Source of the DNA: an uncultured Methanoregulaceae archaeon
GTDB taxonomy: Archaea; Halobacteriota; Methanomicrobia; Methanomicrobiales; Methanospirillaceae
Assembly: GCA_963717525.1 (NCBI GenBank)
Contig: OY970343.1
Coordinates: 1,632,001-1,696,000 of the forward strand
Direction: 5' to 3'
Length of the DNA stretch: 64,000 nt
A program made the position numbers and the translations under genes. The notes under the pieces were generated by a model. That model had not been told where the DNA came from. It ran no database searches and saw only the letters and a list, made by a program, of their open reading frames with translations. Of the stretch, positions 43,311 to 53,506 are shown piece after piece; within the stretch, counting starts at the first letter, position 1; each line of letters begins with the position of its first letter.

Positions 43311-43913
43311 ATGGTACTGGACCGGTTCTCCGGGCGGGTGAGGGTGCTGGTTGTTGTCTGCTGCATCCTGCTCGCGGTCGCTGCCGTTATCGTTACCATC
43401 GGGTTTACCCAGCAGGTGCAGGTCAGGAAGCAGCTGCTCCAGACTGAACTTAAGGTCACCGCCGCCCAGATCGCAGGCAAGGTGAACGGCGACGGGCTGC
43501 TCTCCTTACAACCGGGCGATGAGGGATCGCCGCTCTACCTCTCGTTTGCACGGACGATTTACGAGGCACGCATCAACAACACGCATATCAGCAACGCGTA
43601 CATCATGCGGGTGGACAACGGCACTATCACGTATGTCATCGATGATTTTTACCTCACGCACGGGCTGGACTCGTCTGTTGCACGGATCGGGGACCCGACG
43701 ACCGAAGACCAGCCGGTGCTCATGGCCGCACTCACCGGGCCACACAGCTCCCCGGATATCTATACGTCGAAGTGGGGATCGTTTCTCTCCGGGTATGCCC
43801 CGGTCCGGGACTCGAATGGCACGGTTGTCGGCATCCTTGGGGTGGACGAGACTGCCGATTTCGTCAACCAGTACGAGTATGCCAATGTCTTCAATCTCGT
43901 TGAAGTGACGTGA
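43311..43913 (+). CDS. Single-TM protein with extracellular Cache/PDC sensor domain and no output domain
   Basis: TM, then YIMR..YTSKWGSFLSGYAPVRDSNGTVVGILGVD. Confidence 0.72.
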   Translation: MVLDRFSGRVRVLVVVCCILLAVAAVIVTIGFTQQVQVRKQLLQTELKVTAAQIAGKVNGDGLLSLQPGDEGSPLYLSFARTIYEARINNTHISNAYIMRVDNGTITYVIDDFYLTHGLDSSVARIGDPTTEDQPVLMAALTGPHSSPDIYTSKWGSFLSGYAPVRDSNGTVVGILGVDETADFVNQYEYANVFNLVEVT

Positions 43914-43988
43914 GGGCCTGCGGTATTAAAAAAAAGGAAGTGCCGGGGGGCTCGGCCGCGGAGCCGGTGTCTGGTGGGATTGTAGGGA

Positions 43989-44043
43989 CCGGGGGATTTT
44001 CAGAGGACGCTCAAACGCCGCGTGGGCTTGGGACCGGAGGTTA
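43989..44043 (+). repeat. Short repeat, copy B2
   Basis: CCGGGGGATTTTCAGAGGACGCTCAAACGCCGCGTGGGCTTGG..GGTTA. Confidence 0.85.
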
Positions 44044-44045
44044 AA

Positions 44046-44922
44046 TCATTGAGGGGAATTTTTTCTTAACATATCATTACAAAATCCAATTACTTCGGCA
44101 ACCTTGTTGTTGTGATGGATTTCCGGATTGATGATAATGTCATGGTGTATCCCGGCAATTTTCCTGAACACATCCTCCCACGGGATCCCATCTCCCAATT
44201 TTGGCGGGCGGTGCAGCCGGTGGATATGAAAACCTTTGAGACAGTCATCCGGTATCAGGTTAAAAGAGGAAAGGAAGTTTTGTTTTGTCTTTGTCGAGAG
44301 CGGCTGGATATCGAGTGACAATACCGAATTTCTCCAGCAGCAACGGGTCATCTTTCATCACGAAGTCCCGGAACTGTGCGATATCGGCTCCTGAAGCGAT
44401 GAACTGATCTGTCCTGTTTTCAAGAAGGATCTCCGGGACCATGCCAAATACATCGCCATACCGTTCCTGAAGTTTCCTGACGACTGCAACGATATCGGAA
44501 TATGAATTTCTCCGGTCGCCGGGATGGATCTCGATCTTTGCGGCGGGCATTCCCAGGAAATCCGAGATGTCGATTACCATCCGGATAAAGTGGTCAGTCC
44601 ATTCCCGGTCATACCATTTGATCGCTGCCTGTGCTTTTACGCCGTGTCCATCGGTCCTGCCGAGTGATGGCTCAGTGTGCAGGATGTAATGGATTTTTCC
44701 GGTCGGCGAACCGGATTTTTTGTAAAGGATCTCGATGCTCTTTCTGCTCAGGAACGAACAAAGGTCCTGGCCCGTTGTGGCGGTTTCGGTTTTATTCTTG
44801 ATCAAATCGGCCGGGACTTCAACAAATGTACATCCCGCCGGCTCCGCAAGTTTCCATCGTTCCGCAAGTTCGCCACGCTGGGGGATTTCTGATGTATTGG
44901 GAAAAACGTACGAGATGGACAA
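44046..44922 (-). CDS. Putative TIM-barrel metalloenzyme (AP-endonuclease-2/xylose-isomerase-like); frameshift ~44320
   Basis: ILHTEP, IEIHPG, ILLENR, LDIQ, GFHIH, IINPEIHH metal-ligand pattern. Confidence 0.55.
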
Positions 44923-44961
44923 AGTAACAAGGAGAATTTTGTATCAAACCGGATTCTGAAC

Positions 44962-44986
44962 CTTAATGCACATAATGTGCATTAAG
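44962..44986. promoter_or_regulatory. Perfect palindromic operator between divergent genes
   Basis: CTTAATGCACAT-A-ATGTGCATTAAG, plus an extra half-site ATGTGCATT at ~44993. Confidence 0.7.
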
Positions 44987-45016
44987 CGCTAAATGTGCAT
45001 TCACCGACCGGGAACT

Positions 45017-45208
45017 ATGGAAGAACTTGAAAATACGGTGAAGTCCCGGCTTCACCATGGGAGCAATTCCCTCGATCTCACGATCCCTTCTGAAGTGGTT
45101 AAAACCTTCAAAATAAACCCCGGTGATGTTTTCAGACTCGTTGCAAAGACCGAGAAGAATTCCGTTATCCTCCAGTATGAGCGGGTCTATTCCGCAAAAT
45201 CCGGATAA
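45017..45208 (+). CDS. AbrB/MazE/SpoVT-like small DNA-binding protein
   Basis: SNSLDLTIPSEVVKTFKINPGDVF. Confidence 0.75.
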   Translation: MEELENTVKSRLHHGSNSLDLTIPSEVVKTFKINPGDVFRLVAKTEKNSVILQYERVYSAKSG

Positions 45209-45232
45209 ACGCATCCGTTCCGGAGGAAAAAG

Positions 45233-46099
45233 ATGGAATATTTCGGTCCTGACTGGTGCTCACTTCCCTGGTCCCCGTGGATTCCTTTCACCGCAGAAAG
45301 ATATGAATTCCGGGATATCCCGAGAGAACCCGGCCTTTACCGCATCCGTCCGGCGGGAAAAGATTTCCTCATGTATATCGGTGAGACCCGGAGAACCGTA
45401 GATGAACGGCTGAGCGAACTCCGGCTTACCCTCAACAGAACCGAGCTGATGCCATGGAACGATCCCCACACGGCAGCCCCTTCGCTCTGGGCATGGAAGG
45501 ACGCGGAAGGTTTCGAATATGAGTGTTCCGGTGCACCGCTTGATGCTGCCATAAACGGGAGAAGAGGGATGGAAAGTTTTCTCCTGTACCGGTACCGGCA
45601 GGAACGCGGGGAATCCACGCTCTGCAATTTTGGCCGGTTCCACCCGAGATATCGTAAATCCACGAACCGGAAAGAAAACCTGCGAGGCGGAAAACTGGAA
45701 GCGGGCCACAAGGATAACCCGGCCGGAGGGCCGAGCCAGCCACCGCTGAATCCGACAGGAAAACCCGGCGACCCGGACTGGATGGGGCTCTCGTGGAGCA
45801 ACGGTGAAACTCTTGCGCCGGAGAAAACCCATCTCGCTCCCGCAGGCCCGGGCCTGTATATCCTGATCGATGCCGGTTCACAGGAGATCGTATACATCGG
45901 CCAGTCCGCGAATTGTGCAAACCGATTACTGGACCATAGCAGGAAATCTTGGGACGGGAAGGATCTGCAATTTTCCTTTAATGGCGTGGAGAAAACAATT
46001 CTCCCGCACCAGCTCAAGGAACTGGAAAATGATCTCATCGGAAATTTCTTTGAGCAATACCGGAAAGCCCCGGAATATCAGTTCAGGAATCAGGGGTAA
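45233..46099 (+). CDS. Protein with two GIY-YIG nuclease-like domains
   Basis: PGLYRIR..MYIGET..ERL..ES and PGLYIL..VYIGQS..NRLLDH..ELENDLI. Confidence 0.78.
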   Translation: MEYFGPDWCSLPWSPWIPFTAERYEFRDIPREPGLYRIRPAGKDFLMYIGETRRTVDERLSELRLTLNRTELMPWNDPHTAAPSLWAWKDAEGFEYECSGAPLDAAINGRRGMESFLLYRYRQERGESTLCNFGRFHPRYRKSTNRKENLRGGKLEAGHKDNPAGGPSQPPLNPTGKPGDPDWMGLSWSNGETLAPEKTHLAPAGPGLYILIDAGSQEIVYIGQSANCANRLLDHSRKSWDGKDLQFSFNGVEKTILPHQLKELENDLIGNFFEQYRKAPEYQFRNQG

Positions 46100-46156
46100 T
46101 TTTAGATAAGTCGGTTCCAGTATACATCGGGGAAAGGTTATCTAGGGGGATTGGGA

Positions 46157-46219
46157 GGATTTTTAGAGGACGCTCATCGGGGCTCTGCCCCTTGCCACGT
46201 AGGCTACCCCCGAAGGTTA
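46157..46219 (+). repeat. Short repeat, copy B3 (with GGGGC-N3-GCCCC hairpin insert)
   Basis: GGATTTTTAGAGGACGCTCATC-GGGGCTCTGCCCCTT-GCCACGTAGGCT..AGGTTA. Confidence 0.75.
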
Positions 46220-46259
46220 CGATTTGATCAGAATTCGAAAAAAGTTGAATGAAAAAAAA

Positions 46260-49200
46260 TCATCCGCTTATGGTCTTATTCGCTTTTTTCATCAAACCTG
46301 CTGGAATTGAGTGATGCAACCGCCAAACGATACTCATTGGTTTGCTTCCTGTATGACTCACATAGCTCTGCAGTTCCTAAACACACATACGGTTGCGAAA
46401 TATTGTTGATTTTGTTGAACTCCCTCACGAAGAGGAGAACCTTTGAGCCCAAACTTTCATGGTTTATGTATCTCTTCCCAGTTGGCGATGATGCGGATGT
46501 TGTACTCTGGGATTGCCAATGGAAAAGGTCTGCATTAATTGCGTAATCATCATACATCGTTGAGGGTGAGAAATGTTTTTCAGATTTATTTAGGGTAATA
46601 AAAAAAACATCCAGATTCTTTGCCTTGAGGTAAAGAACGCCTTCTCGTTTACCCGCAACATTCCATTCTTGGGGAGTCCAATGTCCAAGACCCGCAAAAA
46701 TTTGATCACGGGAATATGTGCAATGGAGGGAGAGGCCGGTTTCGAATCCAAGATCGAGCGGTTCTTCCATAACTTCGGTTTTTTCTTCAAGATACGCAAG
46801 AAGACTATCAAGCTCGATATCTCATCCACTCGTTTTCAACAAATGCATTGAGACTGGATTGTAAATCCGGATAATGAATCTCGTTAAGAGGTTGAGAATA
46901 GAGTGAATAATACAAAATATTGGTGAATGTTTGTTGTCTCTCACCGTTTTTGACACCCAAATCCACATTTTTTGTTGCAAGAAATTGACGAATGTACCGA
47001 ATCATTGAGACTGAGTTAAGATGCAACAATCGTTTTGCCGCAGTAGTTATTCGCTCCTCTTCATCGGGGAGGGGAGAGATACAGAGTTTTGCTTCTGCAC
47101 AGAGTTGCCGGAAACTAGATTTTTGGTAAATCTCGTGGGGATCAAGATGATGATATGATAAAAATGCTCCAACACATAGGGGCTGGTGAGATTCTTGTTC
47201 AAATTCGGTAATTTTTTGAATCAATCCCTTCCGCTTCGATAATGACCTTTCAATATGAGAGAGTACGGTCTCTTGTGCAACTTTTTCAAGAGTAATGAAA
47301 CAGCCACGTGGAAGGGAAAAATTATTTTCTCGAATCTGTTTTATGAGCGGGGTTGTGACATCGCTAAGGAGGGCACGATATTTAGCATCAAACCGGTAGT
47401 TTGCATGTTGCCTGCCCACAAAATCGAGAACCGTAAGGCATTCTTTCTCATCACAAAGGCGAAGTCCTCGTCCCAATTGCTGAAGAAAAACGGTCATGCT
47501 TTCTGTAGGTCGTAGGAATAGGATGGTATTGACTTGTGGGATATCGACGCCTTCATTGTAAAGATCTACGACAAAGATGAAGTGAATTTCCTTATCACAT
47601 AATTTTCTCTGAACGGAATTTCTTTCGTCAGAACTACTTTCAGAACTCAAATGCGTGGAGGGAATGCCTAACTTGGTGAATATTTCCGCCATATATTTTG
47701 CATGTTCAATGCTCACGCAAAATCCAAGTCCAATAACATCGTCAACAGCCGTGACATATTTCTGCACGGATTGGGCGATGTGATCTGCTCGCTCATCATT
47801 ACCGGTATATCGCTTTGAAAGGACGGCCTGATTGTATTTTCCTCTGGTCCATTCAACATCGTCAAGATTCACAGTATCCGTGATACCAAAATAATGGAAG
47901 GGTGCGAGGAGGTTTCGTCCAATTGCTTCAGATAGTCGGATCTCTGCTGCGATTCGGCCATCGAAATATCCGAGAATATCAAGATTATCCATCCGTTCGG
48001 GGGTCGCCGTCAATCCAAGGAGAATTTTTGGCTGATAGAATGAGAGAAGTTTTTGATAGGAGTCTGCTGCCGCATGATGAAATTCATCGACAATGATAAA
48101 ATCGTAATAGTCAGGCTCTGTTCTGGAAGAAAAATCAGTACTATTGAAAGACTGAATTGAGATGAAAAGATGATCGATCTGCGAGGGGACCTGCCCATGA
48201 ATACAAAGATCCCCGAAGTTGTGATCTTTCAGAATTGCTCTGAATGTATGAAGACTTTGTTTCAAAATTTCTTCGCGGTGTGCAACAAATAACAGCTTCG
48301 CATGTGGATTAATTTTCTCCTTAAATCGACGGAAATCAAATGCTGATATTACCGTTTTTCCGGTTCCCGTTGCGGCAACAATCAGATTTTTTGTATGATT
48401 GTGAATTGTTCGTTCAGCTTGCAATCGTTCCAGAATTTCTTTCTGATAATAATACGGGGTAATGTCAAAGAAATAAGGTAATGTTGCATCACCCGATCCC
48501 CTCCGTTCTTTTTTGAGGGCCAATTCAAATTGTGCATGATCTTTTTCCTGATAACGGATGAATTCAGGATCATTCCAATAACTTTCAAATGAGGCCTGAA
48601 TTTTGTGAATAATGGGTTTTGCATCTTTTTCCGTGAGTTTTACATTCCATTCAAGACCCGTGGTAATTGCCGGATTTGAAAGATTTGATGATCCGATATA
48701 TGCTGTTGAAAATCCGGAAGTCTCGTTTGAAATAATACGCTTTCGCATGGAGACGAGTTCGTTCTGTATCATAGGATATTCGCACTTCGGTATTGGGCAA
48801 TGATGCGAGAAAATCTATCGCTCGAATATCTGTCGCGCCGGTATAGGCAGTTGTGATCACTCGTAACTGACCCCGTTCGCAGAATTGCGATAGTTCATTC
48901 ATAAGGAGCCGAATTCCGCTCCATTTAATGAATGAAACAAGCATGTCGATTTTATCAGATGAAACAATCTCTGCTTTAAGTTCCTGAATGAGACTTGGTT
49001 CAATCGAGGAACCGGTGAATAAACTACTTTGAGCGAGAGGGGTAACGGGTCTTTGCGTAATAAATGATGAGTTTGAGGTTCTTTTCGGTTCAATAGCGAG
49101 CAGAACTTCCCCCAGTTCATTAATTTTACAATAATTGAGGCAATCCTCTTCTGTTTTCGCTGCAAGAAGTTTGATAATTTCGTTGCAACAGGCAATTTGT

Positions 49201-49401
49201 TCCGAGACATTCGAATCCGCGGAATTCTCTAGAAATTCAAGCGATTTTTTAAGAATAGGGCCGAGATATTGAGAGAGGAGAACCGGGGAGTTGAAATTTT
49301 TTAGGGCGTCCTTGCTGATCGTTATTCCCTGTTCCCGAAGTTTTTCTTCAAGATGGGTATTGATCAGCTGTTTCATAAAGTCCATGAGGAAGTAATTTCA
49401 T
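46260..49401 (-). CDS. PLD nuclease + SF2 helicase + DUF3427 protein (SauUSI-like type IV modification-dependent restriction); several frameshifts
   Basis: MKLLPHGLYE/QLIN start, RLHAKAY, GSSNLS..EWN, AATGTGKT, DEFHH, GLTATPER, QQLGRGLR, FHWQSQS. Confidence 0.85.
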
Positions 49402-49552
49402 GGGACCTACCTTTTAGTGAGATTGTATCCGGAAGAGATTAAGATGCCAGGTTCATTTTTCCATAAGAAGGGACTCATATCTGTAATCTGCAAACCGTAC
49501 ATCTTTTTGTGATCTCGTGAGATGCTTGGGGGAGATGGATAAAGATTCGGAT

Positions 49553-49950
49553 CAACCTTTGCAGAGTAAGCCCACGCGGCACGGGGCGGCAGCCCCGTTT
49601 GAGCGTTCCCCTTCCGACCCTCTGAAAATACGCCCGTAAAACCGTCCGATTCCCTCCTCAAAAATCTGTGCCCAATATGTCCGCCCATTTGCTAAAATAC
49701 GCCTAAATTGAGCCCCATATAATCCCTATTAGAGGCCCATAGAAGCCCCTAAAACGGCCACTATTTTCAGGATCGACCGAAAACACATCCGGGCCCAGAA
49801 TCGGGCCTCAAAACGCGTCTATGAGATCCTTTTATTTCGTCCGATTGCCAAAATAAGGCCGATTTGGGCTTATTTTGAATCGGAGCCCGATACGGGATTA
49901 TTTTGGAGGCGGGGGAGGGCAATCGGAGCCCATATTGAGCCCGGATTGGT
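49553..49950 (-). repeat. Long repeat element copy A2, whose end is an inverted copy of repeat B (B4)
   Basis: Reverse complement of 49553-49610 reads GGGGAACGCTCAAAC-GGGGCTGCCGCCCCGT-GCCGCGTGGGCTT..AGGTTG; the remainder is collinear with 1006-1246. Confidence 0.8.
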
Positions 49951-50005
49951 GTAGGTGGAGGGGGAGGGGATCATACCCTCATCACGATATTCCTGTAAAT
50001 CAGGC

Positions 50006-50399
50006 TTATTCAGCTATCGGCAAACCGTCCAGATAACAGTACCGACTGCGGCGGCACAAATTCCGGTATCGCCTCTTTAGGATCGATGGGCTCATCCAAT
50101 TCCTGCAGGTTCTCGATCCCGATTGCGTATCCCTTCGATCTCCCGGCAAAATAGGTGAAAAATTCTGAATCGTCTATACCGGCATAGTCCCGTACCCTGT
50201 CCCAGAGAATGTCCGGGTGATCTTCGAGAATCGTCCCGATCTCAAAGACTGCCACGATCTTCTTGACCGGTGCAGAGGAGTAAATGAAGATGCGGTTGAC
50301 CGAGCGATCCTTAAAGATCGCCTTCCTGAACTCGTACCGCTTCTCGCCTTCAATGATGGACCTGACGTATTTTGGTTTAATTGACAGTAAAACGTCCAT
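50006..50399 (-). CDS. ASCH/PUA-domain protein; frameshift near the C-terminus
   Basis: LLSIKPKYV..GEKRYEFRK..IYSSAPVKKIV..PPQSY. Confidence 0.85.
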
Positions 50400-51879
50400 C
50401 GATCCCTCCAAGGGTCTTGATAACGGTATATTTCTCATCGCTTATCTGCATTATTGATTGTGGGGGTCCGTTAAGAATCCCGGATTCCAGCAATGTGGCC
50501 AGATTCAAAGGATTCCTCAAATGGAAATGATGACGGAAGAGAATGACCGTCAGTGGTTTTAGGCTCTCGTCAATCTCGGCCGTTGAATAGACGGTCCGTT
50601 TACCGACAACCCGGATAATCTCATCAGTCTGTGTCAGCCCCATCCGGACCTCCTCGATAACCCCAAGTGATGTCAGGGACTGTGTATCTCTTGACCGGTA
50701 AAATAACACGATATCCCCTGCTTTGAGCTGACGGTTCCTTGAATGGCTGAGATAGGCTTTTTTTATGGTATTCCCCTCAATGACAAATTCACCTGCATGC
50801 TCATGGAGCAGGGTCTGCCTCGCCCCGTAATCTGTAAAAAGGCGGGCATGGAACTCCGGTTGGATAGGGATGATCCATTTCTTCACCTGGGGGCCATCAT
50901 AGAATGACGGGTAAAATCTTTTAAGAATTTCAACCGGGGACAGCCCTGCACATTCATCCCGGCCGGCTACCAGTTTCTTGAGAAATATTTCTTCACCCCC
51001 TGAATTTACTCCCATTTTTACAAATCCGAATTCGGTAATGAGCTCGACAAGCCGGTCATTTTCTTCGGTAAAATGGGTGAGGAAAATTTCATCGCAGTCA
51101 TTTTTGATCGCAAGATCAAAAGAGACCTTCAGGAGCAGCTCGCCGATTTTATTCCCGACGTGGGTCACTTTGAGCGTCGCAATCTTCATCCGCCTCTTCT
51201 GCGGCAGCGGGGGAGTGACATCTATTGGCTCATCCTCAAATTTGTAAATGAGGAGAGCACCGATCAAACCATCTGGGCGATAGCTGACAAAACATTTCCG
51301 GTGCTCGCGTGATTTCTCGTCAAACCAGCGCTCAAATCCAGGATAATCACGTTTGAGACTGTCAAAGATAGGATCGCGGATGTTCAGATTATACATAAAA
51401 TCTTCTTTCAGCCCCGGGGGTGACGCGATTCTTTCTCTCCTCGGAACAAACGTACGGAAAAACTGTATGGCATCATCGATGTGAAGCACACGGTCACTGA
51501 TCCCGGCAGCAAAGGCTTTCCTGTGAATCCCGGCATCCTCGGTCAGAAGAAAATCTGAAGCGCCACGGAAAACCGCATAGAGGATTTCGTTATCAACACT
51601 GTCCTGAGGTGAAGAAGGACTGCCGACCTTCCTGATGAACTCTTCATCACCCGCCGCAGACGGGGGGTGCTGCAATTGTCTGTACGTCTCGATTTTTGAG
51701 AGCATTACCTCTCTTCTGCGTGCATCCCTGTCCCGTTGGACATCTGCCACTGATGCGGGATGAATAAAGATCTCAACAGGTATATCCTGTAAAAGTCCGA
51801 AGAGATCCCGCACATTCTGTGAAATGATGCGATCGTCTTCGCGATAAATGAGAATGTTGGTATCAACGAGCAGATGCAT
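50377..51879 (-). CDS. PIN-GNAT-EVE/PUA fusion protein
   Basis: LVDTNIL..DNEIL..LLTEDAG (PIN); DPIFDSLKRDYPGFERWF..KIATLKV..GELLL..FGF (GNAT); GNTIKKAYLS..GDIVLFYRS..GPPQSI (EVE/PUA). Confidence 0.82.
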   Translation of the reverse strand: MHLLVDTNILIYREDDRIISQNVRDLFGLLQDIPVEIFIHPASVADVQRDRDARRREVMLSKIETYRQLQHPPSAAGDEEFIRKVGSPSSPQDSVDNEILYAVFRGASDFLLTEDAGIHRKAFAAGISDRVLHIDDAIQFFRTFVPRRERIASPPGLKEDFMYNLNIRDPIFDSLKRDYPGFERWFDEKSREHRKCFVSYRPDGLIGALLIYKFEDEPIDVTPPLPQKRRMKIATLKVTHVGNKIGELLLKVSFDLAIKNDCDEIFLTHFTEENDRLVELITEFGFVKMGVNSGGEEIFLKKLVAGRDECAGLSPVEILKRFYPSFYDGPQVKKWIIPIQPEFHARLFTDYGARQTLLHEHAGEFVIEGNTIKKAYLSHSRNRQLKAGDIVLFYRSRDTQSLTSLGVIEEVRMGLTQTDEIIRVVGKRTVYSTAEIDESLKPLTVILFRHHFHLRNPLNLATLLESGILNGPPQSIMQISDEKYTVIKTLGGIDGRFTVN

Positions 51880-52083
51880 GAGTTGTCACTGAATTAACCA
51901 CGATTTGCTAATATAAATGAACCCACCATGCAGGGTGAAAGAAACAAGAGACTCGTGGCATTCTTTCCGTCCACTCCCTTTCACATTTCGTCTCCCAAAC
52001 TTTCCATTCCCCCGGTACAGCTAACCAGCACCATCAGCCAAATATATATACGAACCTGCCGTTGTCCATGGGTAAGGGAAACC

Positions 52084-52323
52084 ATGTTCCAGAACTTTTG
52101 CACGAGGGTGGCACGAAAATTCCGCAGGCTCGGGATCGCACGAAAAGAGGCGGCCCGGATCGCGAAGTTTTGCTATGTCTCCATGATCACCGCGTGCGGG
52201 CTGATGGGGCTGTTTTTTAGTATCCCGCAGGAACTGTTCGAGCCGATCACCGGTGCCGGGACAATACAGGCGGACGCCCGGCCTGGTCTCTTTTCGTCCG
52301 CTGTATCTGCTTCACGTCGTTGA
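52084..52323 (+). CDS. Small hypothetical protein
   Basis: TATA-like ATATATATA at ~52043 before the ATG; one hydrophobic stretch. Confidence 0.35.
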   Translation: MFQNFCTRVARKFRRLGIARKEAARIAKFCYVSMITACGLMGLFFSIPQELFEPITGAGTIQADARPGLFSSAVSASRR

Positions 52324-52525
52324 CCGCCGGTCCGGGCGCTCAAGAGTGATCCTGCACGGGAGAGATGGTTTTAGCCTGCCGTCCGCTTCGTGACAGGAAA
52401 GGGTGGCACTCAGGGGAGATGCAACTCTTCCGGGCCGGCGTGGGAAGGCAAAGTCGCGGTGAGGAGCCCTGGCTCCGGGTACCGTAGGGACGGGGTGGTC
52501 GAATAAAAAAAATCTAAAAAAGGTG

Positions 52526-52895
52526 ATGGATATGGAAACTTCAGGAACGAATCATCAGGATGTGGCCGAGCCGGGTGGAATGGCATCCGGCGGGGTGGGG
52601 ACCGGACAGGAATACAGGAACGAAAGGGGGGGCAGGCGGCAGGAAAAAGAAGGAGCGCCGCGACCGTATCGTAATCGGGCTGGGCGTGCTCGATCCCGGG
52701 CGGGGAGCGCCCCTGCCGGAAACCCCGGCACCGCATCCCGTGACGCCGGATGGGGACGAGGTCCGGGAAGAGAGCCCCGGAGACCTGGTCTTCACTCTCT
52801 TCGAACGCCAGGAACGGATCGCGGAAAGGCTGGACCGGAAGATCGAACGGCTGGCCCGGCGCCTCGACAGGATTGAAGAGCGGGGGCGGGACTAA
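52526..52895 (+). CDS. Hypothetical protein with C-terminal coiled coil; probable frameshift ~52625
   Basis: AGGTGA RBS; C-terminus LFERQERIAERLDRKIERLARRLDRIE. Confidence 0.5.
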
Positions 52896-53114
52896 ATGCC
52901 ACGGAGACCGGCAGAGCTCATACCGGCCGTACCGCTCTACCTTATCCCGCATGTCCTCATGCAGCGGATCCGGGAGGTCGGCGAAGAGCTGGACCGTATC
53001 GCGGTAAAAAGGACAGCGCGGCATTTCTACACGGTCAGCGTCAGGACCCGGCCGGTGAAGAGGGAGTACCAGGCCGTGCGGACACACAGGAAACGCGGAG
53101 GAGGCGGGGAATGA
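52896..53114 (+). CDS. Small basic hypothetical protein
   Basis: Abuts the upstream stop and overlaps the downstream start (ATGA). Confidence 0.55.
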   Translation: MPRRPAELIPAVPLYLIPHVLMQRIREVGEELDRIAVKRTARHFYTVSVRTRPVKREYQAVRTHRKRGGGGE

Positions 53115-53506
53115 CGAGAGGGCGCCGGCCGACCAGGAACCTGGACGCCGGGATCTCGATGGCGCAGGTACGGGGCATGGCCATGCAGTTTGTGCCGGGC
53201 CCGGATTTGCCCTGCACGTTCATGATCCGGGGATCCGGCCGGATCATTTTTGTCCGGGTCAAGCGGTCGGCCCGGCTCCACTGCGGAATTCCGGAGCTGG
53301 CCGCTGCCCACAATGAGCCGATCGCCCGGCTCCGTACCCTGCCCGGGACCGGCCCGCTGGTCCGCGAGCTCTGGCTCTATTCCAAGAAAGGCGCCTGGCG
53401 GTACTTCCGGGTGACAGAGAGCGGCATCGACGAGACCGGCCCGGACGGGGAACCCCTGGTTACCCCGGGGAAGATACCCTCTGCAGGAAGGGGGGTAGTA
53501 TCATGA
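53111..53506 (+). CDS. Hypothetical protein, possible degenerate PD-(D/E)XK (Hjc-like) fold
   Basis: GGAGG RBS; PCTFMIR..IIFVRVKR..RELWLYS..WRYFRV. Confidence 0.5.
   Translation: MTRGRRPTRNLDAGISMAQVRGMAMQFVPGPDLPCTFMIRGSGRIIFVRVKRSARLHCGIPELAAAHNEPIARLRTLPGTGPLVRELWLYSKKGAWRYFRVTESGIDETGPDGEPLVTPGKIPSAGRGVVS

Noticed and set aside
41463..46219. B repeats as canonical integron attC sites
   Set aside because: No RYYYAAC inverse core or long bottom-strand hairpin, and no intI in the window; kept only as a non-canonical hypothesis.
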